Below, piece after piece: positions 51,934 to 64,000 of a DNA stretch of 64,000 nucleotides (position 1 is its first letter; each line of letters opens with the position of its first letter). The stretch is from Octopus vulgaris (lineage: Eukaryota), in the NCBI GenBank assembly GCA_951406725.2, contig OX597831.1:58776001-58840000 (forward strand), in the 5' to 3' direction. Both the position numbers and the translations under genes were made by a program. The notes beneath the pieces were generated by a model. It did not search any database and had not been told where the DNA came from. It saw only the letters and a program-made list of their open reading frames with translations.

Positions 51934-54900
51934 TATAATCTCATAACTTACTGAAACGATATAAATACTTAGAATGCTTTGTTATAAAATTTACTATATT
52001 CTTATACATTTAATTACCAGAGTTTCATATAAGAAGCATTCACTTATTTACTGTATACCATTCGTTAAAACGTATACGTAAATCTCAGTCGCGTCTGAGG
52101 AATGCTTTAGTACAGTTAGTTTATATATTCTTTGTCACTTTGTGTTTTTTATTGTAAGCATCTCAAGTGTATATATTTTGCAATGGCTGAAATTGTTTGT
52201 ATATCGTTTATATACCATCAGGACTTTTTCCTGACTCTTATTTTATTGATCCAGAATTTATTTAACTTGAGAAGTTAAACTAACGTACTTAAATATCATA
52301 AACCATTTTGTTCATTGTTTTAATGATTCTGGCATTACACCTCTCACCATACTAACTATTGAAGGCAACAGATTACTCTCTCCACTGGTACGGCTGTGTG
52401 TAAACTCCTTCAACTGCATTACATGTACACTAGTCTCTCTTCATTATTTCGACAGCTTACCTGTACACAAATGACTTTTCCATACTTGCTTGTCTGGATG
52501 TTCTACCTTCACAATAAATATATTTCCCGTTTCACTTAAATCACTAAAGTACAAGAGTTAAAACTGAAGAGTTACGGTATTAATAGCACACAGATATCTT
52601 CGTTTTGCCACTAGATTGGATGTGTTGGTAAACTGTTCTCTGAGACAAAAATAATGAAGAGAACGCAAAACAACAATTCTGATATGACCCTTATTCAACA
52701 TTCTCACACAAATATTTCTAGAACGTCAATTCTGCTCTGCATCCAGCCGTGATGAAGAGCTGTTCGGTTATTTTGAGATAAGTGGAACCAGGAGAAATGT
52801 TCTTGTGTGATGCGCAGTCATCTGTTTGATTAAAGAAACAAACAAAATTGAAATAAAGATGAAAGATTATAAATCATGAATTCAAAAAAAAGTATGCCAC
52901 AAATAGCATAAACAGCATCGACTTCTTTGTCTGTAAATGGAACAAGATGAAATATTTTCAGCAACAAAAACCAATTTCACACAAGACATATCACCTAAAT
53001 TAAATGTGCAATTAACAGTGATTGAGTGGTGAAACAGCTATCGAGTTAATTAAACAGCGGTTCAATTTTAACGAAGCATTTCGAAGATATGTGTGGGAGA
53101 TCTTGTTAATTGGTTATATTATTAATTGAAAAGGATTGATTGAAACACATCTCAGTAATTTAACATGACTTTTATTATCGATTTCTTTGGTCAACAACGG
53201 TTTTCTAATTCAATTAATTGAACAAAAGGTAATTACACGAATCTGTTTTCTAAAGAACCGATAATCAACTTTGTGAATGACTGAACAAGATATGGAGAGG
53301 TACATATTTCGCAATATTTAGCTAATTTTCACCATTTTGTATTGAATGGTAAACATTGAAATATATGAAGACAAGTGTTGTGTTGAATACAGGAAGGGGG
53401 TGATAAATTATTTAAGAAAAGGACAGGCCATATTTACTGAAATTCTAATTGAATTTGGAATAATATGGAAATATAGATTGAAATATATCACGTTATTGTG
53501 AATAAATAGTTGCAAGGAACTTAGCGCATTCCGTTAATATTAATTCTATGAAGAATAGGGAACGTCTAATCAAAAATTTACAACACCTACAATTAAATAA
53601 ACAAGTTTTGTTAGAAATATTTTACTACACCGTTTTAAAATAACCACATACTAAGTGTAATAAACATTTTATCACTTTAATTCTATTTAAAACATTTAAA
53701 TTTAGCCTGCGATATTTTTAGCTGTGTATAGCAGAAGTGTAATTTCTGATGAAAATATATTAGGTTCCAATTATCCACGAAATACCTACTGCAAAATACA
53801 TAAATCTTTGTTCAAGTTTACAATAATTGACAGTTAGGTAAGTATATAACAATAGTGTTAACTATGAAATAACTTATATTTAGCGTTGCATGAAAAGCAC
53901 TGCCAGATACAAATCAAATTCAAACTGAGAGACAAGGCCAGCACTGGAATATAACTAAACGACATTTACAAACAACGAAGGACATTCTATTAAATGGTTC
54001 GAATTTCTAGATACATCAGTCAAAATTCTCTCACATCCTACGCTCAAAAAAGATGATATCCAAGGTTACACCGATGGGATATGATGACTAAAGGCGATTC
54101 GATGGTGTGAATGCTTTTGATGAAAGTAGTAGTACATTCAGTAACACGAGGGCCTATACAACGACACAAATGTTAATTTCATTTAGGATTCATTTTGAAA
54201 CGACTACATTGAAATAAATTACAAATAATTTATTAAATAACATCAAAGAAATAAATATTTTCAATGGGAGATCGAATTACTTGTATGACTGTAACAATAA
54301 CAAATTTATATTCCCACAGTAGCTCTGGAGCTTTTAATTTATTAGTTCAAAGGACAGAGAGAGACTATGAATCTTAAAACTCATAACACAGAGAAAAATA
54401 AAGATAAAGCAAATCATTGTTCGCTACTGAATATTTTAATAGTGCACAGTCAACTGTTTAACCAAACATTTGCCAGAATAAATGAATGCTACCCTGAAAT
54501 TGTTAACTGAAGCTAAATGTGAAGCTTCAATTCAAGAAATGAACGACCAGATCGGGATTCGTCGGTAGGCCAATTTATTGTTGATGAAATTAGAATCTTT
54601 GTTTTTTTCAATAATATTAAAACGGTTCAAATATATCGCGATTTATACGCTTATTGACTGTATTAATATAGAAATAGATTAATCATTTCAAGTAACTCAT
54701 TTCGTAATGAAAGACTATTCGATTCAGAAAATTTTATATAAGTATAAACAGATACTTTTTATTTTCTTTGCTTTTCTACATTTGAGGGAATTAGAAATGA
54801 TTTTCATTGAGGAAACAATAAAAACATTATGATTAATTCAGGTTTTTAAACAAAACATGTTTTCCTAATTAAATAAGATATGACATAGATATTTCCTTAA

Positions 54901-55549
54901 GCAAAAACATCCATTGACACACACACACACATACAGACACACACACGAACACACAAACACACACACACGCACACACATCTACGTTTATATGTATGTATGT
55001 ATGTATGTATGTGTGCATGCTCAGATGTAGCATACGGATGTGCGTACTTCTATGCGTATTTAGCCATTAATCATGGTATAGAACTACACAACAATTCGAC
55101 AATTCTTCCACGAATGATGGTTTATTTCTTATTCAAATAAACATGTATTTGATAAATTTATGAATATATATGAATATAATTTATTCGAGTAAGCGTATCT
55201 GTGTTTATATACACATTGGTATAGACATGGGCATCAACGCCGACAAACACACATACACTGACAAATAACCGCCCTCGTATATATATATATTTATGTAAAT
55301 GAACATATACGTGTTTATTAATATAAAAATGCATGTATACATACGTTTATGTGTATATAATTATAGAAATATGCATAGAAATAGAAATATATAAAAATAT
55401 GTTAGTAGATATCCAAATGTATGCGAGCATGTATAGAAATACGTAGGTATGTATACATCTATGTATGTATGTATGTATGTATGTATGTATGTATGTATGT
55501 ATGTATGTATGTATGTATGTATGTATGTACCTATCTCTCTCTTTCTCTC

Positions 55550-55585
<36 letters not shown>

Positions 55586-55653
55586 ACTATCTATATATCT
55601 ATCTATCTAACTATCTACCTCTCTATCTCTATATCAACCCATATCTACCTCTG

Positions 55654-55692
<39 letters not shown>

Positions 55693-55767
55693 ACACACAC
55701 ATACATATATATATATATGTATATATACAAACACACCCACTCACACACGCCCACTCGTCAACATACG

Positions 55768-55824
<57 letters not shown>

Positions 55825-56292
55825 CATATGCTGGGAGAAAGAAAGAGAAAGAGAAGGGTAGAAAGACCTACATATTTTGAGTGCTGGTATATGTGTTACC
55901 AAAGGCTTCAACATAATTTACTTTGAAAAGCTGCAAATACTTAATAATATACAATAAGTTTAATAAATATTTATTTAGAGTCAAAAGTTATATATGGAGT
56001 AGAAAGGTCAGAGAAACCTCGGTAGATTCAATACTATTCGCTGTCGACGATCCTTTTAACTGTAAATGATATATTTAAGACATCGCTTCGAACTATCTGA
56101 TTTCATAACGTATTTTACATGATTTCATATACGTATTGCCCCTCACGTGTTTTCTATGTATATATGTATGTATGTATTTATGTATGCGTGTATGTATGTC
56201 TGTAAGTATATATCTATGATTGTGCGCATGCCTATATATATATATATATATACATACATGAATGCATGTATACATGTACCTATCTCTGTATA

Positions 56293-56328
<36 letters not shown>

Positions 56329-56634
56329 TGAATGTATGTATGTATGTATATATATATATATATATAGATATACACATATACATATACATAGCGTAGTGGT
56401 CAGGGTGTTACACTCACAATTGCGATATCGTGGTTTCAAATCGTGGACAGGTGTGTGAATGGTATACTAGCACAAAATACTTCCTGACACATTGCTCCGC
56501 GACCGGTTCGATACCATGTACCTGCTCGGCCAACATTAATTTGATGAATGGAGTGAGGTAATGAACCGTACATTTAATGACTATAGATAAAGCAGTTATG
56601 TATATATATATCTATGCATACGTACTTACGTAAA

Positions 56635-57158
56635 TTACATGGAAAAATGCGAGCAGGAAAAGTAATATTCTTAAGATTAAAAACCTGGAAAACTACAGGA
56701 CAATTTATTACATCTGTAAAAGTATAGGACAAACTATTACTTCTAGTAAAGTAAAGAAAGAATAAGAAACGTTTTACTTAAAATATTGCAACAAAGAATG
56801 CCAGTTCTTCTAATTTATCACTCTTTACAGTTCTCATCTTTTGAATTTATTGTACAAAACAGTTCAGTTAATTTGTAAGTTTGTCTAATTAGTCACTTTG
56901 TTTCTCTATTCAATATAGTAAATTAGCCAAATTCTACTTAAATAAGTATAGTGTTATTTGTAAACTATAATAAAATAAGTTTTAATATTCAAATTTTTAT
57001 TTTAGCTGCAATAGTTTAAATAAAAAGATTCTTAATCTCTACTTTACAAGAAGTAATAGCTTCTCCTATACTTTTCCAGGTGTAATAACTTGTCCTGTAC
57101 TTTTTCAGGTCTATAATCTTAATAATATTACTTTACATGCACGCATTTTCCCATGTAA
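56635..57158. mobile_element. MITE with long (~140 bp) imperfect TIRs
   Basis: TTACATGGAAAAATGCGAGCAGGAAAAGTAATATTCTTAAGATT... mirrored by ...AATCTTAATAATATTACTTTACATGCACGCATTTTCCCATGTAA. Confidence 0.8.
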
Positions 57159-58869
57159 TCCATTATCTCTCAAGGCATTTCTGTTATAAGATAATCAATA
57201 ATGTGTCAATTAATAATTTAAGATTTTACCTTATAAAATACTGAAAGATAATATTTCAAGTTTACCTTGTAAGTGATGATAATATTTCAATCTTTTCATG
57301 TTTAATTTAAATATATGTTGTGATTGAATTATTTTGATATTACCCATCCACACCAAATTAAAGGCAGAGATATTTACCACGTTGTTGTTGCACCATAGCT
57401 CACCAAAAGCTACAAATAACAAGACCCCAAAACCATCAGTTACCAGACTCATGTTAAGTAACCTAATTTTGCAATACTAGGAGGTCAATGTAACTCATTC
57501 AACGAATGAAAACTTCCAATGATTCCGGGTTTGGTGGGGAGAAACCTTCCATCTCATTTTTCCGAACCAAAATAAGGGATTTGCAGTATATTAGGAGGCT
57601 ATGGTACTTGATTCGACGCAAAAAATCAATTGTTTTTGTTTTTTTCTTAGTAAAAATCATGTGGGTGTTAATATAGAAATTTACCATAATGTTGTTGTTA
57701 TTTAGCTTCAAATCAACCCTGATACTGCAGACCTATCATCAAGGACATTCCAGCCTTTAGCAAACCGTCCTTTTTGGGATAATCTAGGACTTTACATACA
57801 ATACACGTGTGAGTTAGGTAGGGGGATACTTTCGCTGCTATTTTTAGCGTGTCGAGCAACCAGGAAGACGCTCTGTCATTAGTTTGATTGCGTGATGAGA
57901 TTTTTTTACACATATATGTAAAATGTATATATATCATCGGCGGAAGTTAGAGAGTAAATCAAAAGATGAGTTTCGTGTATTGGCACCTATGGAACACGAA
58001 TTTGTTCATTATCACTCTGTAACTTCTGACGACATACCGCTTCTAAAATACAAAATTTTCTCAAAAACGTTAAGAGTAAACTCTGTTCTATGTGACACAT
58101 TCTACTAGTATCGGAAGTTTGAAAGTGTTTAGTTTAAAAAAATTAAGTAAATTATGTGTACGAAATTTTAACTCAGAACGTAAGGACAGACGAAATACGG
58201 GTAGAAATATAGGAAAAATAGAAGCTGAAAATACACTGAGAATAGTTAAAATAATTTTTAGTAATATATTTGGAGCTTTAACCGGTTTCACATTTTACAT
58301 TGATTTTCAAAACGTACAAATAGAAAGGCGTGGCCTAAAGGCGTGGCCTATGTCAGCTGCTTCTAACTAGTGCTTGAAGTTTGCCCAGTTTGTGGGTATT
58401 ACATGGCTCAAATTAGTATATGTGTTGAGTAGGATTTGATTGGTAGAAGATAGTCATATGACTGGTCTTTTTGTAGGTTCCCCACTACGTCCGTGTGTTA
58501 GTATCAAGTGGAAATATTTGGTGTCATAAGCTAAGGCTGATACAATTCCCTGAACAGGTCCAAACAATCGATGCTTTGAATGTTTTCTGTCAAGTGTTTG
58601 TAGAGAATGAACACATGTTTAAATTTATAAACTTTTGTACGTTTCCCGCCATGTTCGTGCGTTAGTGTCACGTGACAGTATATTTTGCACCTCAATAGAA
58701 ATATGCCTAGTTATAATCAAGACACTCGAAATTTAATATGCCTGGCAGCAGAGTGGACAGCTGTCGTTTGTATATAGTCCATTGTCTAAAATTTAAGTTG
58801 TTAGTTGTGTAGCTCCCATGTGGCAAAATGAATTTTGTCTGTGACTAGTTATTTGTGCATATACTCTGT

Positions 58870-59995
58870 TAAACGTCGTTAAATCTTAGTTTGTACTTTT
58901 GTATGAAAGTATTTTCTTTATTTTTTTCTGTGCTTCATCACTGATATTCGCTGAACAAGTAGACTTGAAATGTTTGCACATATGTCTATGTGACCACTCA
59001 GTGGAATCTGTGTAGTAGAGGAGTCTTGTATTTGTTGTGGGTGAGTAGTCAGTCTACTTCTTAGAGTAAGCTTTGTTTGACCTATGTAATCTTCATTATA
59101 TTCTTGACATTTGATAGCGTATATGAAGTTCCTTGAAGAACATGTAAAGTCATTTTTTACGGTAAATGGCTGTCCTGATTTGAATTTGTATGTTGTGCCT
59201 TCAATAAAGTTGATGCAGGTCCCACAATTAGGACGGCCACCTTTTTTAACTGTTGGTGTACAAATTGTGGGAAGCAACTTAGCACTTGTGTGGAATTGTG
59301 AAGGTAATTTAGCATTTGTGAGGAATATTTTGAGTGACTTTGATTGTCTTTTACTTTTGATTATTATGTGTATTTCGAATGCTTGTTTCATTCTTGGGAC
59401 TTGTTTTAGTAGTGTGATGTTCAGGTGGATAATATTGTAAACGTCTGTGTTTCTCGGGTTGTATGTTGTAATAAAGGATAGATTATTGGATGTACCTGGA
59501 GCGTTTTTCGTTTTTCGTGCGTTCTTGGATATTTATTGGTTTGACACTTTCTATTCCGTTGTCTATTAGCATTAATGGATATTTTCTTTTAAGTAGTACT
59601 TGTTCCTGGAGTCTTTTCTTGCGAATTTCAGGATTTGAGACAATTGTTCAGATTCTTCCTGCTGGACTACATGGGATATTATTCTTCGTGTTTGGGTGTC
59701 ACGAGGAGAATAGTAAGTATTTTTCAATATATTTTTCAATGATTTTATCTCTTTTGGTGATTAGTATATCCAGGAATGGTAGTTGAGAGTTACTGTATTC
59801 AATGGTAACGTTAATATTATTTATTCAGTTGATTAGAATTTTGAAATCTATAAGTTGTTCAAATGTATACGTCCATAGGATTAGGCGGTCATCTAAGTAA
59901 CGTTTCCAGTTTTCTAGTAGATATTTGTGGAAGATCAAGCTATATAATAATTCAGATTGTTCATATATCTCGATCTCCATATAAGCCATGACTAT
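58870..59995 (-). pseudogene. Penelope-like element remnant: C-terminal RT plus GIY-YIG endonuclease
   Basis: MAYMEIEIY...WKRYLDD (RT catalytic motif) and QLPFLDILI; then CGTC...FTCSSRNFIYAIKC...YIGQTKLTLRSRLTTH...PLSGH (GIY-YIG with Zn-finger linker); frameshifted. Confidence 0.9.
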
Positions 59996-60276
59996 ATCGT
60001 TTGTGTTCTGCATATTTATGTATACACAAACATATACATATATATACACACATACATACCAATGTGTATACAAACGCACAGTGGCGCACACACATGCGCA
60101 CAAAGAAAAAGAATGGACAGAGCCAACGACTATTGAAAAGTTTGCAAAACGGAAGGAAAATTTTAGAAAAAATAAAATAACTATATGAGTAGAACACACA
60201 GACACACACACATGCACGCGCTCACAAACACACACATATACATATACATCCATATGCATACTATTCAATATTCATA

Positions 60277-60438
60277 GGCGCAGGATTGGCTGTGTGGTAA
60301 GTAGCTTACTTACCAACTACATGCTTTAGGGTTCAATCCCACTGCGTGGCACCTTGGGCAAGTGTTTTCTACTATAGCCTCGTGCCAACCAAAACCTTGT
60401 GAGAGGATTTGGTAGGCGGAAACTGAAAGAAGCTCTTC

Positions 60439-60496
<58 letters not shown>

Positions 60497-60701
60497 ATGT
60501 GTGTCTGTGTTTGTCCCACCAACATCACTTGACAACCGATGCTCGGTGTGTTTACGTCCCCGTTACTTAGCGGTTCGGCAAAAGAGACCGATAGGATAAG
60601 TACTAGGCTTACAAAGAATAAGTCCTGGGGTCGATTTGCTCGACAACAAGCTGTGCTCCAGCATGGTGGCAGTCAAATGACTGAAACACGTAAAAAAGTA
60701 A
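60277..60701 (+). mobile_element. Full-length tRNA-derived CORE-like SINE
   Basis: A box TGGCTGTGTGG, B box GGTTCAATCCC, CACCTTGGGCAAGTG core, central microsatellite, conserved tail. Confidence 0.9.
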
Positions 60702-61589
60702 TATTATATATAGTTTATTATCGAACATCAATCAATTGGAACAATTATGACTTTCGTATGGTAGAAATTGTTGCATGCTGCATCTTTCTCATTGCTTGTC
60801 TTGCAGGATAGAATACAGTTTTTATTTCCCAGCAGCAATTTACAAGAAACCGATTTACTAGCAAGTTCCATGAAATTTTTTGTTGGCTGTAAGTCACTAT
60901 ATATGGAATATTTTACTTCCCTTTCTATACCATGTAAATTAACTTTCTGTTAAATTAATATTTAGTAAAAATTCACAGGTGTAATATTGCTGGTGAGACT
61001 GACATTAGTAGTTACTTCAGTTTTAGCTTCACTTACGAGATGCTATAAATTACATTATCGTTTTATATTCTTGCAACTTTCGATGAGATTTCCTATTCAT
61101 TTCCAGAAAATATACTTCAAACGTTTAAAAGAACGGACACGTCGAATTTACACGACTTATAGATGACAAATGTAGCAGACCCTTTATAAGCTAATTCGGC
61201 CTAAAAAAAAATCATGGCCTTCACAAAGCTTGCTCCACATGTAAAAATTTAAACATAACCAAATTGACTCAACACCCACAAATATCACTTGGTCATAGGA
61301 AAAAGAAAGAATTTTACTTACTTTCGTTCACTGTCTCATTTCCCTTATTTCCAAACAAAGATGTGCACTTTGAAATGGTCGGTAAAACCCTTCAGTGAAA
61401 AGTATTAGACAAGTGTCGCAGTTTTGCATCCATATCACAACATGCCACTCATTAAAACCATATGCAATGATTTCGATGCATTTAGCTGCCGTACACGTTG
61501 CAAACGCCAAATTATAAAGTTCTCCTTTTACTTACAAATATCAATTTTTCAGAGATAGCCGTACGAGATGTTTTGATATTTATGTACAA

Positions 61590-61802
61590 GGCCCGAAATA
61601 TTTTGTGTGTGTGTGTGGGGGGGGTAATTCGATTAGATCGACGCCAGTACGCAACTGATACTTAATTTATCGACACCAGAAAGGATAAACGACAAAGTCG
61701 ACGTCGGCGGAACTTGAACTCAGAAAGTAAAGAACTAGAAGAAACACATGAACTGGTTTTATTTTACTTTCTGAGTTCAAATTCCGCCGACGTCGACTTT
61801 GT
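61590..61802 (-). mobile_element. Truncated SINE (minus strand) with a local 40-bp inverted duplication
   Basis: 61590-61735 is antisense to the family body and tail; 61692-61731 and 61763-61802 are reverse complements with one mismatch. Confidence 0.8.
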
Positions 61803-61872
61803 AAGTAATCATGATATTAACCTAGATGATATAGTCCAAATGATTGACTAATAATTATTAGTCAATCAATAA

Positions 61873-62034
61873 GCCGGCGAACTAGCAGAAACGTTGGCAC
61901 GCTCGGCGATTTCAACTTTGCATTTCATCCTTTCGGGTTCGATAACTTAAGTACCAGTTGTGTACCGGGGTCGATCTAATTGACTTGCCCCCTCCCAAAA
62001 ATTTCGGGTCTTTTGCCTAGAGTAGAAAATAATA
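61873..62034 (+). mobile_element. Internally deleted SINE (GGCGGCGAGCTGGCAGAA family) with a third tail type
   Basis: GCCGGCGAACTAGCAGAAACGTTGGCACG head; tail CCCTCCCAAAAATTTCGGGTCTTTTGCCTAGAGTAGAAAATAAT. Confidence 0.75.
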
Positions 62035-62469
62035 TTTACTTCTCTTTTCATACAAAAACCTTCTTTGTGGCTGATATTTCCAGATATCCTTGTCCATCGA
62101 TTAAGGGATTTATTCATCCTTCCTTTACAAGTGCCTTGAATGAAAACTAATTAGACGAAAAGAATAACTGCCGCTATATTCCACAGCTAAAGAAATAATT
62201 AAAATGAAAAAGATGGGGAGCAAAATTTTGTTTCACCTCATAATTATTTGTAATTAAAAGTTTCACGTGAATTACATAATCTATGTTAATGACTGAAATC
62301 AGAGACGTCCTCAGTCCGCCTTTCATTAAAGGGGCGCCTCTGAGCAATTAATGTCAGTTATTTTTGCTATTTAACTTCTCTGGTTATTGACTTCAGTCGA
62401 TTGCTTCTGTGTAAAATTTGCTAGGAAAATGCCATAAAGTTCTTTATGCTTGTGATATATATAGCAATA

Positions 62470-63500
62470 AAATAGAAAATAAAATACAGAGATACGCACG
62501 GTTGTGCTAGTTATTATTTTCTCCAAGCCACCACTGATAGAGAGAATAGATTTTAGTCAGAGGTAGCTTCATTTCTCTCTTTGGGACTGCATTGTTTTAT
62601 TTTTAACTGCAGGATATGAGTTGACTGAGACTTAACTCATATGTAATATGTTACATTTATGCTTGTGATCTATATAGCAGCCACAGAAAAACTTAATTTC
62701 ATACATTGAGTCAACAATCGAGCTTTTAGATAATAGTTCAACATTAAAAAAAGAAGGAGGAAAACCTGATGGTGTATTGCATACTATCGTCCTAGATATG
62801 TGTTTGAAAAATCAGAGGTGGCTGTGACTAAAAGGGTGTAGTGAAGCAACATTGTTGCTGAACTCGCTGGAAAAAAGTGTTAAAATTCTGCAAGGAAACT
62901 GACTGGACATTCAAAAGTAATTTCATTAGCAATAAAATAGAATTATCAGTTATTTGACTACAGTTAATTGAACATTCTATTATATTCTGTCTTTGCTAAT
63001 GTGATAATATATGAATATGATGGCGCAGTTAATGGCGGCTGAATCGTGCAAAATTAATACAGCTGTAAACATAAATTTATGGAGGAGTTTGTTGGAGACG
63101 CTGTGTTTTGTTTCTTTTATCAGCGCCAAAGTGCGTTTTAGTCAGTCCAGCGTACGACTGTGAAATATTACACCGAGGCAAGGACGATAAAACGCTGAAA
63201 AGAATCAACTTTAAATTCAAAACGTAAAGGGATGAAATATGGTGTTAGAGATTCCAGTCCAACGGTTTTATAGTTACTGCCTCAAATTTGTTCACAATAA
63301 TTGTTGCACCAAGTGCATGAATAATGAAATAGAAAATAAAATACAGAGATACGCACGATTTTGCTAGTTATAATTTTCTCCAGGCCATCATTGGTGGAGA
63401 GGACAGGTTTTAGTCAGAGGAAGCTTAATTTCTCTCTTCGGGACAGCATTGTTTTATCTTTAACTGCAGGATATGAATTGACTGAGATCTAACTCATATT
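62470..63500 (+). repeat. Diverged ~172-bp direct repeat pair (62470-62642 and 63327-63499)
   Basis: AAATAGAAAATAAAATACAGAGATACGCACG...TTTTAGTCAGAGG...TTTAACTGCAGGATATGA(G/A)TTGACTGAGA...AACTCATAT in both copies. Confidence 0.9.
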
Positions 63501-64000
63501 TGACATGGTAAGTTTAGATCATGTGGTATATACTTCGAAATAAAATGATATTTTTCCGAAGGCTGTTAAACAGAATACGTTTGTCAGTCACAAGAAATTT
63601 CTCTCTAGTTAATATCATGGTGCACCAGTATACAACTGCTTGTTTTAATTTCACGCTAGACACAAGCTTCCCTATAGATATAATTCTAATTATTTCCCTT
63701 AATGGATTGATAAGATGATGTGCTTATAATACTACCTACGAATAAAATTATTGCATGAGAGCTTTATTAAAGCAATTCAACATATACTTAAACACGGCGA
63801 CATATACGGAATCCCACTGCACGTTCAGATACATCCTTATAAAGAACGATATCATCAATCTGGAAGATATTGTAATTATGTGTGTAGAAAATTGCTGCTG
63901 TTGAGTCTATTAAATGGATTTGATTGTTAGGAAATGCTGACTACTGGAAACATTAATGAAATGACATACATGTCGGTATATATATATATATATATATATA

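Noticed and set aside
58270-58365. pLTR hammerhead downstream of the Penelope relic (GAAACCGGTT on the minus strand)
   Set aside because: No acceptable CUGANGA core or stem II found upstream

Overview
AT-rich eukaryotic DNA, almost entirely non-coding and dense in (TA)n, (CA)n, (TATC)n, (TATG)n and (AAT)n microsatellites. The SINE families suggest an octopod cephalopod (inference from recognised repeats, not verified). No host protein-coding gene can be established; only a few isolated splice-bounded candidate exons are visible. Recognisable content: a near full-length Tx1-like non-LTR retrotransposon (~17907-24215, +) in a (TATC)n tract, a decayed second copy (-), a Penelope-like RT/GIY-YIG remnant, two R4/Dong-like RLE tail fragments, two mariner relics, several MITEs, a non-autonomous Helitron and many tRNA-derived SINEs. 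The most interesting signals are RNA-level. (1) A non-coding 533-bp tandem plus inverted repeat (46925-48293) carries three intact type I hammerhead ribozyme motifs and looks like a retrozyme. (2) A tRNA-headed SINE ends in a minimal hammerhead motif and has a Penelope-style inverted 5' segment (27704-28096; second copy 44645-44944). (3) A SINE's 3' tail matches the 3' end of the Tx1-like LINE. Most ORFs in the supplied track are microsatellite artefacts.
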